In this document: in pieces, positions 27,492 to 38,514 of the stretch
How positions within the stretch are numbered: position 1 is the stretch's first letter
How the letters are laid out: every line of letters begins with the position of its first letter
Assembly: GCF_037042905.1 (NCBI RefSeq)
Contig: NC_087245.1
Span: 36,706,001-36,766,000, forward strand
Length of the DNA stretch: 60,000 nt
Direction of reading: 5' to 3'
Source: Lytechinus pictus
Taxonomy: Eukaryota
Notes under the pieces: model-generated
What the model was told of the DNA's origin: nothing
The model's database searches: none
What the model saw: only the letters and a program-made list of their open reading frames with translations
Position numbers and translations under genes: made by a program

Positions 27492-27689
27492 ATAAAGGCT
27501 TGTTCAGGCTGGCCTGCTGCAACCAAAAAAAAAGACACAAGATACATCATATACTTAATCAATGGCATATGAAAAGGCCTATTGATATTGGAATTCGAAC
27601 CTTTAAAAACATATACCTCTATGTGTCACAGACTTCATTTACATTAGTTTATGACAGTTTGTTGCACTTTGGCTGAACAAGCCTTTATA
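27491..27689. mobile_element. Small MITE
   Basis: TATAAAGGCTTGTTCAG...CTGAACAAGCCTTTATA inverted termini. Confidence 0.6.
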
Positions 27690-27806
27690 AAGCATAGCAA
27701 AGCTTAGGTCGTTATTACCAGTCATGAAATTGATGGGGCTGTATGTTATGATCTTATAAAAAATAAAGCAATTTATGTTGTAATATGCACTATCAGACAT
27801 CATTAC

Positions 27807-27842
27807 CTTGAACCGATGCAGAAGGGGTAGGCCCCAGAATAC
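27807..27842 (-). CDS. PIKFYVE: PIKfyve candidate 36-nt mini-exon 10 (phase 1-1)
   Basis: tctttttgtgaaaccag|GTATTCTGGGGCCTACCCCTTCTGCATCGGTTCAAG|gtaatg; encodes GILGPTPSASVQ in frame. Confidence 0.5.
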
Positions 27843-28560
27843 CTGGTTTCACAAAAAGACAGTTTATAATGAACATATCTCCACCAAGTCACTCTTCACT
27901 GCTGAACTTTCACTCTCTGACAATGCTCAATTTCAAATCCCATACTCTTTCTAAATCTAAGGAGTGTTTCACACGGCTTATTCAAGGTTAGTCTTAAATC
28001 ACACTTCATTTTCCAGTCACGTTGGCATCGGGGATGTTGCCCCTCGCCAGTCCATTTTCGGTACCAACAAAATTTTGCCCGGCGCCTATCCGGTCCCTGA
28101 CAGCGCTATCGTCCTGGATGGATTTACCATTGGTGCAAAATATGCCCATTTATGATTTTTGTACATAAATATGTATTTAAATGTCAAAATTGTGCATTTT
28201 CGTTAATAATAATCGGCTTAATTGTCATTAGTCTACCACAATGGTCATATCAAGCTCAGAAGAGGCATACTATCATATATTCAATGAATATTATTAATCA
28301 TTCATGTTAAACATCATGTATGCATTGGAATTAAGCAGTAACTTAAAGTCAGACTTAAATTTTTCTAAAACTTCCCCCGAGCTGATCATCGTTTCTTTTT
28401 CTCACATGAGCCGTCCATCTTAATTTTCAGTTTTTGGCTATGTCTATAGCCACTCTTCTTCCACAAGCATTCCAACAGTTTGGATTAGGACTAGTGTAGG
28501 ATAAGGTTTCAAGATTGGGGTTTATGTTTGGCTTTCGATAATTTGCAGATGTTCCATCAG

Positions 28561-28683
28561 CGGCCCGTTGCAGAAAGAGTTGCGTTTAAACGCAAGCCAA
28601 AAAATCAATCGCATTGGTTGAAAATCAAGTTGCGCATGATTTTTAGAGTTGCGATTGATTGCAACTCTTTCCGCAACGGGCCC
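28561..28683. mobile_element. Short Harbinger-like MITE
   Basis: CAG flanks; GGCCCGTTGCAGAAAGAGTTGC / GCAACTCTTTCCGCAACGGGCC. Confidence 0.75.
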
Positions 28684-28753
28684 CAGGATTATTAACCCTC
28701 AAGCAGATATTAAACAGAATACTTGGTAAATAGAGGTTAAAGTTTGGGCATAC

Positions 28754-28889
28754 CTAACAGATCGTCCTCTGAGTTGATGTCATCATCTTGATGAATATCT
28801 CTGAACCATACAGGTTCCATGAACTCTCCAAACACGGGATTCTCCGACTCATTGCCCTGGGGGGCGAGTAAGTCCTGACTCTCCGCTAA
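28754..28889 (-). CDS. PIKFYVE: PIKfyve coding exon 9
   Basis: ttttcccttcag|TTAGCG...CTGTTAG|gtatgc; LAESQDLLAPQ...EPVWFRDIHQDD; phase 0-1. Confidence 0.85.
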
Positions 28890-29679
28890 CTGAAGGGAAA
28901 AGGGAGAAAGGGGAAATGTGAAATACCTTGGACTCATTAGCCTAAATTTAAAAAAGGTGGCGTTGTACAGAGGTACAAAGCCATCGACTATGGAGATTTC
29001 TTGTATTATTACACTTCATTCATGCATGAATTTAGCACCCTTTGCTAAAGGCACGCATTTATAATTGGACTCTTCGCAGTGAACGCGGTAAAATAAGCGT
29101 GATTATGTACACAAAATATACACAGTCCTTGGTTATGTACCAGGGTACAATTGAAACCACCATTGTGAATTTGGTTCATTATTACTATGCCCCATCTGCA
29201 CGAGTTAAAAAAGACGGGCACAGATTTCAGCTCATGGCACAATGCCTTTTAAACATTACAGTAGTACCTACAGGCAATTTCTAATCATCTATCAACTCAT
29301 CTAATAAGAATGGTAAGTAATGTTGGCATATTTTGGAATGGGTGGAATTGTAGTCTCATTTATTTCATTTTATCAACTAAAATGTTAAAGTCTGTCTCTT
29401 TCCCGATACAATGACACCCACTTTTTATGATTATGTAAATATGGGATGCAGAGTACACCCTAACAGTAACGTGAGGTAAAGTCAAAGGATATTTGTTAAA
29501 AATGAAATCTTTATTCCATTGAAAAACACTACATCTTTAATAAAAGCAATGAAAAATTCCTCACTAGTAAGTACGATGGTTGAGAACCCAATCAGAATTT
29601 TTGTATGAAAGATGAATTTTTGTATGAAAGATGAATTCACATTGAGGTAATTTTGAAACATTTGAGCAGCCATGATTAC

Positions 29680-29794
29680 CTCTCCTTGACAATAGAGGGC
29701 GTATCCATCAACGAAACCTTCCTGGTAGGATGACGTGACACACTTGATCCATTTAGCGTCTAGCAAGGCTTTACCAATGGCCACAGCTTGTACT
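29680..29794 (-). CDS. PIKFYVE: PIKfyve coding exon 8 (DEP domain, C-terminal part)
   Basis: RVQAVAIGKALLDAKWIKCV...FVDGYALY; AG/GT borders, phase 2-0. Confidence 0.92.
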
Positions 29795-29854
29795 CTGGTG
29801 GAATTTAATATCATTTAAAACATGCAAAATTAGAAAAAATAAAGCTATATCTCT

Positions 29855-30073
29855 ATAATAATAGGCATTTATATAGTGCCATCTATCTAGAAACACTCTA
29901 TTCCGAGGTGCGTTGTTGTTATTACTATTACCCCGGCTTTAGCTCGAGCTGCCTTTCAGCGCTCATGCATTCAAGGAATTAATCCTGCCGGGTACCCATT
30001 CACCTCACCTGGGTTGAGTGCAGCACGATGTGGATAAATTTCTTGCTGAAGGAAATTACGCCATGGCTGGGAT
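29855..30073 (-). mobile_element. tRNA-derived SINE, head truncated
   Basis: Shares core GGGTACCCATTCACCTCACCTGGGTTGAGTGCAGCAC...CCATGGCTGGGAT with 34742-35037. Confidence 0.75.
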
Positions 30074-30889
30074 ATAACAGCCTCTATAACAGCTGACAGC
30101 CAAGTTTAGCATACTGGCGTGAAAGTTACGCACTAGGAATGCTTGCTCATCATCCTAAGTCTCCCAAATACTTTACCAATAGCAATAGATTGTACTCTGA
30201 TGGAAAACAACATTAAGCAGTCAGTAAATCTAAAGTGATCATCTCTCAAGGAAATCAGACAAGGAAAGAACTGGTATTCTGATAATTAAACCTAGTCTAA
30301 ACTAGAATTTTAAACCACACTTCTATGGAGTGCTTGATTTATTATATTTCTTCCCTATTCGTGGCAATAATAATGAATCAATTACTTTATTACAATTCAT
30401 AACATCTTTCTTTAGTTTCCTGTTCTATGTATTTCACGACTCAGTTTAAATACCATCTGACAACTTTTTGAAACAGAATCAGAATAATTTTTAATAAGTG
30501 AATGATTTGACAACTGGCACTCCATAAAAGTGTGGTCTAAGTAAACCAAGGTTAAACTGAACCATGGCTTCCAGAATACCACATATCAAATTTATCATGT
30601 AATTAAAAGGTGTGAAACCCCATTTGGAGCTCTCTTGATCATCCCCAAAGCTCTCTTTCTCATATATATGTATCACAGCCTTTCCCCCTTATTAAACATA
30701 ACCCTTAAGCCCTGTATCACAAACCATGGTGGTTGATCGTAGGGCTGATTTTACAATTGATTACATTGATCATCGTGTGCAATCAAGTGTATTAATCTCT
30801 TTGATCTCTTTTCTAGAACGATTCATCATTACGGTTACAATTTCTTTCATTATGTTCATTCTAGATGCCTTGATATCTAGTCTTACCGG

Positions 30890-31030
30890 TACCGGTAGGA
30901 AGGAATTCCTTAAAAAGCTGTGTGCGCTTTGAACGCCTAGCTTAGCCGGGTAATATAGGAGCGCCTTGAGCACCTAACAAGGTGGATATGTGCGCAATAT
31001 GAATACCCTATATTATTATTATTATTATGA
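30890..31030 (+). mobile_element. SINE 3' fragment ending in (ATT)n
   Basis: CCGGTAGGAAGGAATTCCTT matches the SINE at 34742 in reverse; different tail; ATT repeats. Confidence 0.6.
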
Positions 31031-31034
31031 TTAC

Positions 31035-31192
31035 CTTTGGGCAGCTTTGTCGTTTTGAATGAGCCAATCAACAAGCTCGCTACCGATGATGCAATCAGGA
31101 TAGGTCCGTAGACGGTAACGATGATTCTGAAACATTATTCCATTGTTAGGATTCTTTATCAGGACCCAGAGATCTCGAAGTTGTGCCGAATT
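31035..31192 (-). CDS. PIKFYVE: PIKfyve coding exon 7 (DEP domain, N-terminal part)
   Basis: NSAQLRDLWVLIKNPNNGIMFQNHRYRLRTYPDCIIGSELVDWLIQNDKAAQR; AG/GT borders, phase 0-2. Confidence 0.95.
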
Positions 31193-31608
31193 CTAATCAA
31201 AGGAAAAAAAAGTGCAAGGTCACAAAATTTCTATATAGTTTAAGAACAAAATAACCTTTTTTATTTGTATCATTATTCAAGAAAGCCATTAAATCCAATC
31301 TATTTTGCTAAAAAGGACAATGAATTGCGTGGACTAAGCTGACCATTCTGAGGTGTTTGATTATTGTTTTAGTAGCCCATACATGGAGTAGTGTGTGCGC
31401 AGTGCTTTCTAACCGAAAGGAAAATGCGCTAAATCAAATGACCTTTGGATTGGATATCATACATAAGAACTCAGTTTGATAGCTACTTAAGTTATCTATA
31501 GCTTTGATATTAAAAAAAATATTCCTGATTGTTGATCTGACAAATAATTCACAAAATTATTCAGGTTAAGAGGAAAAAATAATTATTGAAATGCTATTCA
31601 TATTTATA

Positions 31609-31940
31609 CAGGGTTCCCACAGAAATTTGAAAACAGAATTCCATGACTTTTCCATGACAAAATTGCTGCTTTCCATGACTTTCCGTGACGTCCCGGGAGT
31701 TATGTAGAATTTGGGATATCACAAAACTGGGAAAAATGGAAATCATGAACACCAATTATAATAGCAGAGTATGATCACAGAGTATGAGAGTTGCGAGACA
31801 TGACAAACTGGAAAGCTATTGTAGCCAAGAGGTAAATGCAATTACAAGACTTTTCACAAATTTTCCAAATTTCCAGACCTTTCCCTGACTTTCCATGACC
31901 ACAAATTTTTCCAGGATTTTCCATGACTGTGGGAACCCTG
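31609..31940. mobile_element. hAT-like MITE (CAGGGTTCC termini), copy 2
   Basis: Perfect 14-bp TIR CAGGGTTCCCACAG; 6-bp flanking duplication TTTATA. Confidence 0.85.
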
Positions 31941-31974
31941 TTTATAACTGTTACTGATGTTAACTTATACTTAC

Positions 31975-32095
31975 CAAAAGCTTTTGATTTTCAACAATGG
32001 ATACTTGTGAATCAGTTGAATTGGTAAGTCCAGGAAAGACTTCAAAGAGATTAGAGGATGATGGAGCGTCCACACTCCCAACACTCATTGCTCGA
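31975..32095 (-). CDS. PIKFYVE: PIKfyve coding exon 6
   Basis: attcag|TCGAGCA...CTTTTG|gtaagt; RAMSVGSVDAPSSSNLFEVFPGLTNSTDSQVSIVENQKLL; phase 2-0. Confidence 0.85.
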
Positions 32096-32402
32096 CTGAA
32101 TGTCATACAAACAAAAATAAACACGATTAGAAACATCATCACCATAATGCATGGCTGAATGGCAATACAAATTGAAAGAAGAAACAGCTTACAGGAGAAT
32201 GAAACCTGTGGAACAAGTTAGCATTTAAGAGGACGATGATGACTGCTTTCTTGTTGTCAACTGCTCTCAATATGTCATCAAATATCCAAGATATATAATA
32301 ACAATTACTAATTATAATTACATGTCCTCTCACAAAAAAACTCTGAATCTTGCAATAGAATTGCTAAAAGAGAACATTTAAGTAAAGTGTGTACTAGAGT
32401 AA

Positions 32403-32682
32403 TGGGGAAGTTGTACATGTGTGATATCACAGATCTTGGTCGCATTGCCAAGGAGAGGATCAACGTAGCATTAGTGATCTCAATAATCAAATGATCATAA
32501 CTTTCTTCTTATTCATTCAATCTTCCTTAACTTTATTGATATTTTTCTTTTTGATTTTTCTCTTTTACATGTATTCAACTTTCATCAAAGGGTTTCATTA
32601 ATAATAATAATAATAATAGTCAGTTCTCGTATAGCGCATAACACATTATGAATAAAAGGACTTGGATATCATTCTCCTTTAA
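32403..32682. mobile_element. Right half of a Kolobok-like MITE (family of 36450-37032), TIR interrupted by a short retroposed tail
   Basis: ATCACAGATCTTGGTCGCATTGCC shared with 36850; GGGTTTCATT[~75 nt]CTCCT|TTAA. Confidence 0.7.
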
Positions 32683-33204
32683 ATAAAAAGCTTCACTTTG
32701 TAATTCAAATATTTTGAATTTCAGCAGGATGGCACTTCAGTACCCTGCAGACTTGAAAATATCAGGTGATCAAAGTTCAGCATACTGTCTATTTTTATCA
32801 TTTTTATGAACTGTAAACCTGAGTGCATTTGATGCTCGAAGTTCAGCATACTTTCTATTTCAATTGATTCTCATATAATGAAAGTTTCATCATAGCAGCT
32901 GATATGATTTTCATCTTTAAAGAATAAACCCTAAAAATGCCAAATTCATATTCTAGGGCTAGAACTGCGTAGAATTAAGCGAAAATCAGACAATTCAGAC
33001 AAAGAAACATGAAGGATAGAAGATCTGGTGCCTGTTTCTTTAAGAGATACGATTGTAACTTTGCAATTATAGCAGCAACCATGGTAACAGGGCTCAGCAG
33101 CCAATCACGATCAAGGTTTCTATGGAAGTTACTAATTATAGGAAATGTGCAATACATGTACTTGCAAGTCTTTGTGAAAACAGGTCCCTGTGACCGATAC
33201 TTAC

Positions 33205-33400
33205 CTTGTTCTTCTCATATCTTCATCCATGAATCCTAAGAACTTCTTTCTTGGTGTCAGCACAGCATCCTCCGAACTTGGTGTGTTTGCCTCGGCAACG
33301 GTCATCAGGTCCTCCTGTAATGCTTTGAGGTCACCGGTGTAAGCCGACTGAGCATAGCTGAGCACAACCTTACAACAATAGGTACAGACCCGAAGGTTTC
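33205..33400 (-). CDS. PIKFYVE: PIKfyve coding exon 5 (end of FYVE domain)
   Basis: GNLRVCTYCCKVVLSYAQS...; atttccag|GA and AG|gtaagt; phase 1-2. Confidence 0.95.
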
Positions 33401-33586
33401 CTGGAAATTGCAGAAAAATAGAGAATATAGCAATATTGCTTTTAAGACAGCAAAAACATATCCATACTACATGTAGGTTTGTTTGGCCTTGCAGTCACCT
33501 GTGTAATCTGACTGAGTGTAGCTGAGCACGAATTTACAACAGTAGGTACAGACCCGAAGGTTTCCAGGATATTGCAGGTAAATAGA

Positions 33587-34694
33587 AACAAGTGGAATGC
33601 CTCTGGCCGTCTCACCTGCATCACGCGATTCAATATAGCAGCAGTGCTGATTTTGAAAACTACTATAACTCGCACAAGATGTTCAGTGATACTTGATTAC
33701 TCTTATTTCCACGTTTTATGAACTAGACCCATACACTTATAGAGATATGATGGTAATTCAACAAATACCCCCAACGTGGCCAAAGTTCATTGACCTTACA
33801 TGACCTTTGACCTTGATCATGTGACCTGAAACTCGCACAGGATGTTCAGTGATACTTGATTACTCTTATGTCCAAGTTTCAAGAGAAAGATCCATCAACT
33901 TTCCAAGTTATGATGGTAATTCAACAGATACCCCCATTATGGCCAAAGTTCATTGACCTTTGACCTTGGTCATGTGACCTAAAATGCGCAAAGGATGTTC
34001 AGTGATACTTCATTACTCTTATGTCCAAGTTTTATGAACTAGACCAACACACTTTCAAAGTTATGGCGGTAATTCAACAAATACCCCAATTTGACCAAAG
34101 TTCATTGACCCTAAATGACCTTTGACCTTGATCATGTGACCTGAAACTTGCACAGGATGTTCAGTAATACTTGATTACTATTATGTCTAAGTTTCATGAA
34201 TCAGATCCATAAACTTTTAAAGTTATGATGGTAAATCTACAGATACCCCCAATTCGGCCAAAGTTCATTGACCCTAAATGACCATTGACCTTGGTCATGT
34301 GACGTGAAACTCATGCAGGATGTTCAGTGATACTTGATTAACCTTATGTATAAGTTTCATGAACTAGGTCCATATATTTTCTAAGTTATGATGACATTTC
34401 AAAAACTTAACCTTAGGTTAAGATTTTGATGTTGATTCCCCCAACATGGTCTAAGTTCATTGACCCTAAATGACCATTGACCATGGTCATGTGACATGAA
34501 ACTCAGGCAGGATGTTCAGTAATACTTGATTAATCTTATGGCCAAGTTTCATGAACTAGGTCCATATACTTTCTAAGTTATGCTGTCATTTCAAAAACTT
34601 AACCTCAGGTTAAGATTTGGTGTTGACGCCGCCGCCGCCGCCGTCGGAAAAGCGGCGCCTATAGTCTCACTCTGCTATGCAGGTGAGACAAAAA
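33587..34694 (+). mobile_element. HINE-like family A, copy 2 (longest internal array)
   Basis: AACAAGTGGAATGCCTCTGG start, GTCTCACCTGCA / TGCAGGTGAGAC subterminal inverted repeats, ~6 tandem units, (GCC)n, 3' hairpin. Confidence 0.85.
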
Positions 34695-34741
34695 CAGTAA
34701 AACATTTTTAAAGATGAAGTTCAAGTCTAGTCACGATTTTG

Positions 34742-35037
34742 AATAATAATAGTAATAATAACATAGGTATATTTACCCAGGGAAGCCACTTTAGTTCTGA
34801 AAACTGTTCTCCCAGCGGGCCCTGCTATTATCATAACCCCGACTTTAGCTTGGCTGCATAGGCGCTCAAGCTTTCAAGGAATTTCTTCCTACCGGGTACC
34901 CATTCACCTCACCTGGGTTGAGTGCAGCACAATGTGGATAAATATCTTGCTGAAGGAAATTACGCCATGGCTGGGATTCGAACCCACGGCCCTCTGTTTC
35001 AAAGTCAGAAGACTAATCCACTGGGCCACAATGCTCC
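34742..35037 (-). mobile_element. Full-length tRNA-derived SINE
   Basis: Minus strand: A box TGGCCCAGTGG, B box GGTTCGAATCC, core, (ATT)n tail. Confidence 0.85.
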
Positions 35038-35631
35038 ACTTTGAATGGAGGTAGAAACTATCTTAAAGTGATTGTGATAGGTCAGTGTGAAAGTTGAAGA
35101 GTGAAATATTTAAAACTTTTTATTCAAATATGGATGAATAGAGACGACAAGTACTCTGAGAGAGGGGTCCAGGAAGCGACCAGACTTGAACCATGACAGA
35201 AGCCCCCACACCCATTCCTTTGCTGCTATGCATCTTCTTGTAGAGGTCTGAAGGGTTATTTTCCCTGGCAAAGATGGAAGCCTCCAGTCTGAATTCAGGA
35301 TTCAGAGGAAAATGTGGTGGTAAAAATTTATCCGCAAATTTCTAGGATTTGGATCAAATGTTAAACTTTTTGTAATTATGAAAAGTTGTTTACAAAGTAC
35401 CTCATAAGAACTGCAGTTTCTGAAAGGCCTTGGTAACCCCAACATGATATTCAATTAAAAACTATTGAAAGTCACATGCACATCACACAGGAAAGCATGT
35501 ATAGGACTACACAGGAGGAGGTGGGATAAAAAGAAAAGAAAGAGAAAGATGAGAACAAAAAGGGGAGAAGGAAGAAAAGACAAATAAGAAAGGAAAACAA
35601 GAAGACAACGAGAAAAGCATGTTCCACTCAC

Positions 35632-35821
35632 CAATGAATCCTATGAATTTGCCCGAAACTTCCTGATTGCAGCATCGGCTGCAGAAGATCTGTCCGCACA
35701 CCCGACAATGGTGGCGCCGTCTAAACGTAGTGAACTTTTCCCCGCAGTCATAGCACTCTTTACACTGACTGTCTGGCATCCAATACTGTCGCAGACTGCT
35801 GTCTGAATAGGTTGTAGGATC
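35632..35821 (-). CDS. PIKFYVE: PIKfyve coding exon 4 (FYVE zinc finger)
   Basis: LRQYWMPDSQCKECYDCGEKFTTFRRRHHCRVCGQIFCSRCCNQE: WxxD and RRHHCR motifs, closely matching the PIKfyve FYVE; ctacag| and |gtgagt. Confidence 0.97.
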
Positions 35822-36344
35822 CTGTAGAAAGCAAAATATATTTTCATATAATTTATTTTGGACTAGGACTAGACTTTTAATTAGGGCTCCATGAAATTGC
35901 ACTTTTGGGCATTTGATTTATCCCTTGCTGAATCATCATCACTTGGGAAACATCGTCCATTGTTAAAAAATTTCAAACAAAGTTCTGTGTTGGGTGCAGG
36001 CAAGTTGACAGCGGATAGTGTGGGGGCCCATTCACTAGACACAACACCCAAATAGAAATGCAACTGTTAATGGGATTGTCTCATTGTCGATACTTGGTGT
36101 GGTGCTAACTATAACGTGATTGATGTTATTTTCAAAGCTCAGAGTTAGTGTTGGAGCTCAGTTCAGCACATGATTCTTGAGATAAATCCCAAAACACCAA
36201 TGCCTACACAACAATCAACACCAACACCATTTATAACATCATCACCAATATCATTCATTGGAACACAAACATCAGGAAGAACAGCAGAAGTACATCATTA
36301 ATGTCATCACATATTAAATACCAACAATAATACCAATATATAAA

Positions 36345-37314
36345 AGGTAAAAGACAGTAGTTGCAGCAAACAACTATTTCATTAGAAAGTCTTTTAAATA
36401 AAGGTTAAATTGTCAAAATATTATCATACATCTAGATCTGGTACATTAAAGGAGAATGAAACCCTTGAAACTAGCTGAATCCATATCAAAGAGAAAAATC
36501 AAAGAAACATATTGTTGAAAGTTTGAGGAAGATTGAATGAATAATAAGAAAGTTATGAGCATTTGAATATTGAGATCACTAGTGCCATGTAGATCCTCCC
36601 ATCGGCAATGCGACCAAGATCTGTGATATCACACACGTACAACTCCCTCATTACTTTAGTACTTATTTCACTTATATTCTTACTTTTATAGAGTCTATCA
36701 CAAGGTTAGGTGTTTTCTTTATGAGAGGACAAGTACAGAGGTTTCACAACATTATATCATTGATGAATCGTTTGTCATATGATTAGAATGAGCAAAAAGA
36801 GATGTTTTGGGGTATATTTTCAGTGTCCGAATGGGAGAGTTGTACGTGTGTGACATCACAGATCTTGGTCGCATTGCCAATGGGAGGATCTCCATAGCAT
36901 TAGTGATCTCGACATTCAAATGCTCATAACTCTTTTATTGCTAGTCCTATTTTACTCAAAGTTTTGTTGATCTTATTCTTTGATTTTTCTGCTTTCACAA
37001 AAGCTAACTTGCTCCAAGAGTTTCATTCTCCTTTAATGTAAACTTATCTTTGTAAAATCATGAAATCTTAGCTGGAAATCAATAATTCTGATGATCACTA
37101 ATATGTGGAACAGTGTATTAATATTGCTTCGAAAAATAACTGACATTTGATGGAATTCCACGCTTATTTTGCTCATTTCTCAGAAATTACACATTTTCTT
37201 CCAGAGCTATTTGGCACATATTTTCATTTATACACAAACACTTTGGTCGTAATTTCATTGGATTCTGTTCAAACTCATTATGAGATCGTTACCACAAAGT
37301 CTGGTATGTATATT
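36345..37314. mobile_element. Older Kolobok-like element interrupted by the 36450-37032 element
   Basis: Degenerate termini AGGTAAAAGACAGTAGTTGCAGC / GTTACCACAAAGTCTGGTATGTATAT|TTAA. Confidence 0.45.
36450..37032. mobile_element. Kolobok-like MITE with long inverted arms
   Basis: TTAA|AGGAGAATGAAAC...GTTTCATTCTCCT|TTAA; arms inverted over ~200 bp. Confidence 0.85.
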
Positions 37315-37404
37315 TAATAGAACACCACAAACACTTACACCAAAAACACCTTTTACCTTATAAATCAACACCAACACTAAACTTAGAATAACACTATTCC
37401 TTAC

Positions 37405-37583
37405 CTGTCCTTTCCTCTCAATCAAACTACTAAGGTGCTTAAGGACAGTGGTCAAGCTCCGAGTGTAATTGACAACCGGTGCTGACACACTGGACTCATA
37501 TCCTCTGGACTTGGACAAAGACTGGTCCAGATCCTTCTTTGACCCACCACCGACCAAAGGAGACAGGCTTCGAGGAAGTAAAC
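37405..37583 (-). CDS. PIKFYVE: PIKfyve coding exon 3
   Basis: atttcag|GTTTAC...GGACAG|gtaagg; ...NYTRSLTTVLKHLSSLIERKGQ; phase 1-0. Confidence 0.9.
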
Positions 37584-37870
37584 CTGAAATTGTGTTTGAA
37601 AAAAAAATTAAACTTCTAATTATAATGCAGGGATGTCATCATATACATGACAACAACAGTGCAATGGAGGGGGGGGGAGGAGGACCAGACCTGCCTCCTC
37701 ATTATTTTCTGAATAGTGACCAAAAAAAGAAAGAAGCCTTCCAAATGTTTAACCCTATATTACCCCTATTATTCAACTGAGAAAAAGAAAAACATGCCCT
37801 AATCACTTTATATCATCTTGATATCACCCCCCCCCCCCCGTGCGAAAGCTTCCAGTGACATATAAGATTA

Positions 37871-38205
37871 AACAAGTGGAATACCTCTGGCAGTCTCGCC
37901 TGCATTACGTGATTCAATAAAGCTGCAGTGCTGACTTTGAAAACAACTAAGACGAATAATTATTCACAAAAAACAAGTCATATGATAATGAAATACTAAC
38001 TTTAGTGACCCTAAATGACCTATGACCTTGATCATGTGACCTCAAACCTGTGCAAGACAATCTGTGATACTATGTCCAAGTTTCATGAACTTGATCCATA
38101 TACTTTTAAAGTTATGATGTCATTTCAAGAACTTTATCTTGGTTAGACAGCGCCACTGGTGATGCCACCGTCACCTATAGTCTTGCTCTGCAACGCATTC
38201 GAGAT
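37871..38205 (+). mobile_element. HINE-like family A, copy 3 (short, degenerate)
   Basis: Same 5' block, one internal unit, decayed 3' block. Confidence 0.75.
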
Positions 38206-38514
38206 GTAAATGATTAAAAATCCCCAAAACTTTCCCTAAACTTAGATCAATTAAGTGAATACAACAGAATCGTTACATTATAGAAGTAAATATCCATAGC
38301 CCTATCAATATTTATCACATTGATATAAAATATATTATGTAACCAACTCCATCAATTAACTATCCTAGGTTATAAACATGTACAGCATCAAACTGAAAAT
38401 TTTTGAATTTATATGATGTTGATTTTCATCATAACAATGTCAGAACAGTTCTTTATCAAGTTCAATTGTAGCAAGCCTCCAAAAGGGCCTAGTCACATAT
38501 AGTTCTAAAGGGAC

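Noticed and set aside
27843..27960. Longer version of PIKfyve exon 10
   Set aside because: The upstream AGs tested give in-frame stops before the 27806 donor.
33680..34620. CRISPR-like array (also 11560-12660 and 49600-50700)
   Set aside because: Whole ~155-170 bp units are repeated with no unique spacers; eukaryotic context; no cas genes.
34968..35037. tRNA gene
   Set aside because: A and B boxes are present but continue into a SINE core and tail shared with other copies.
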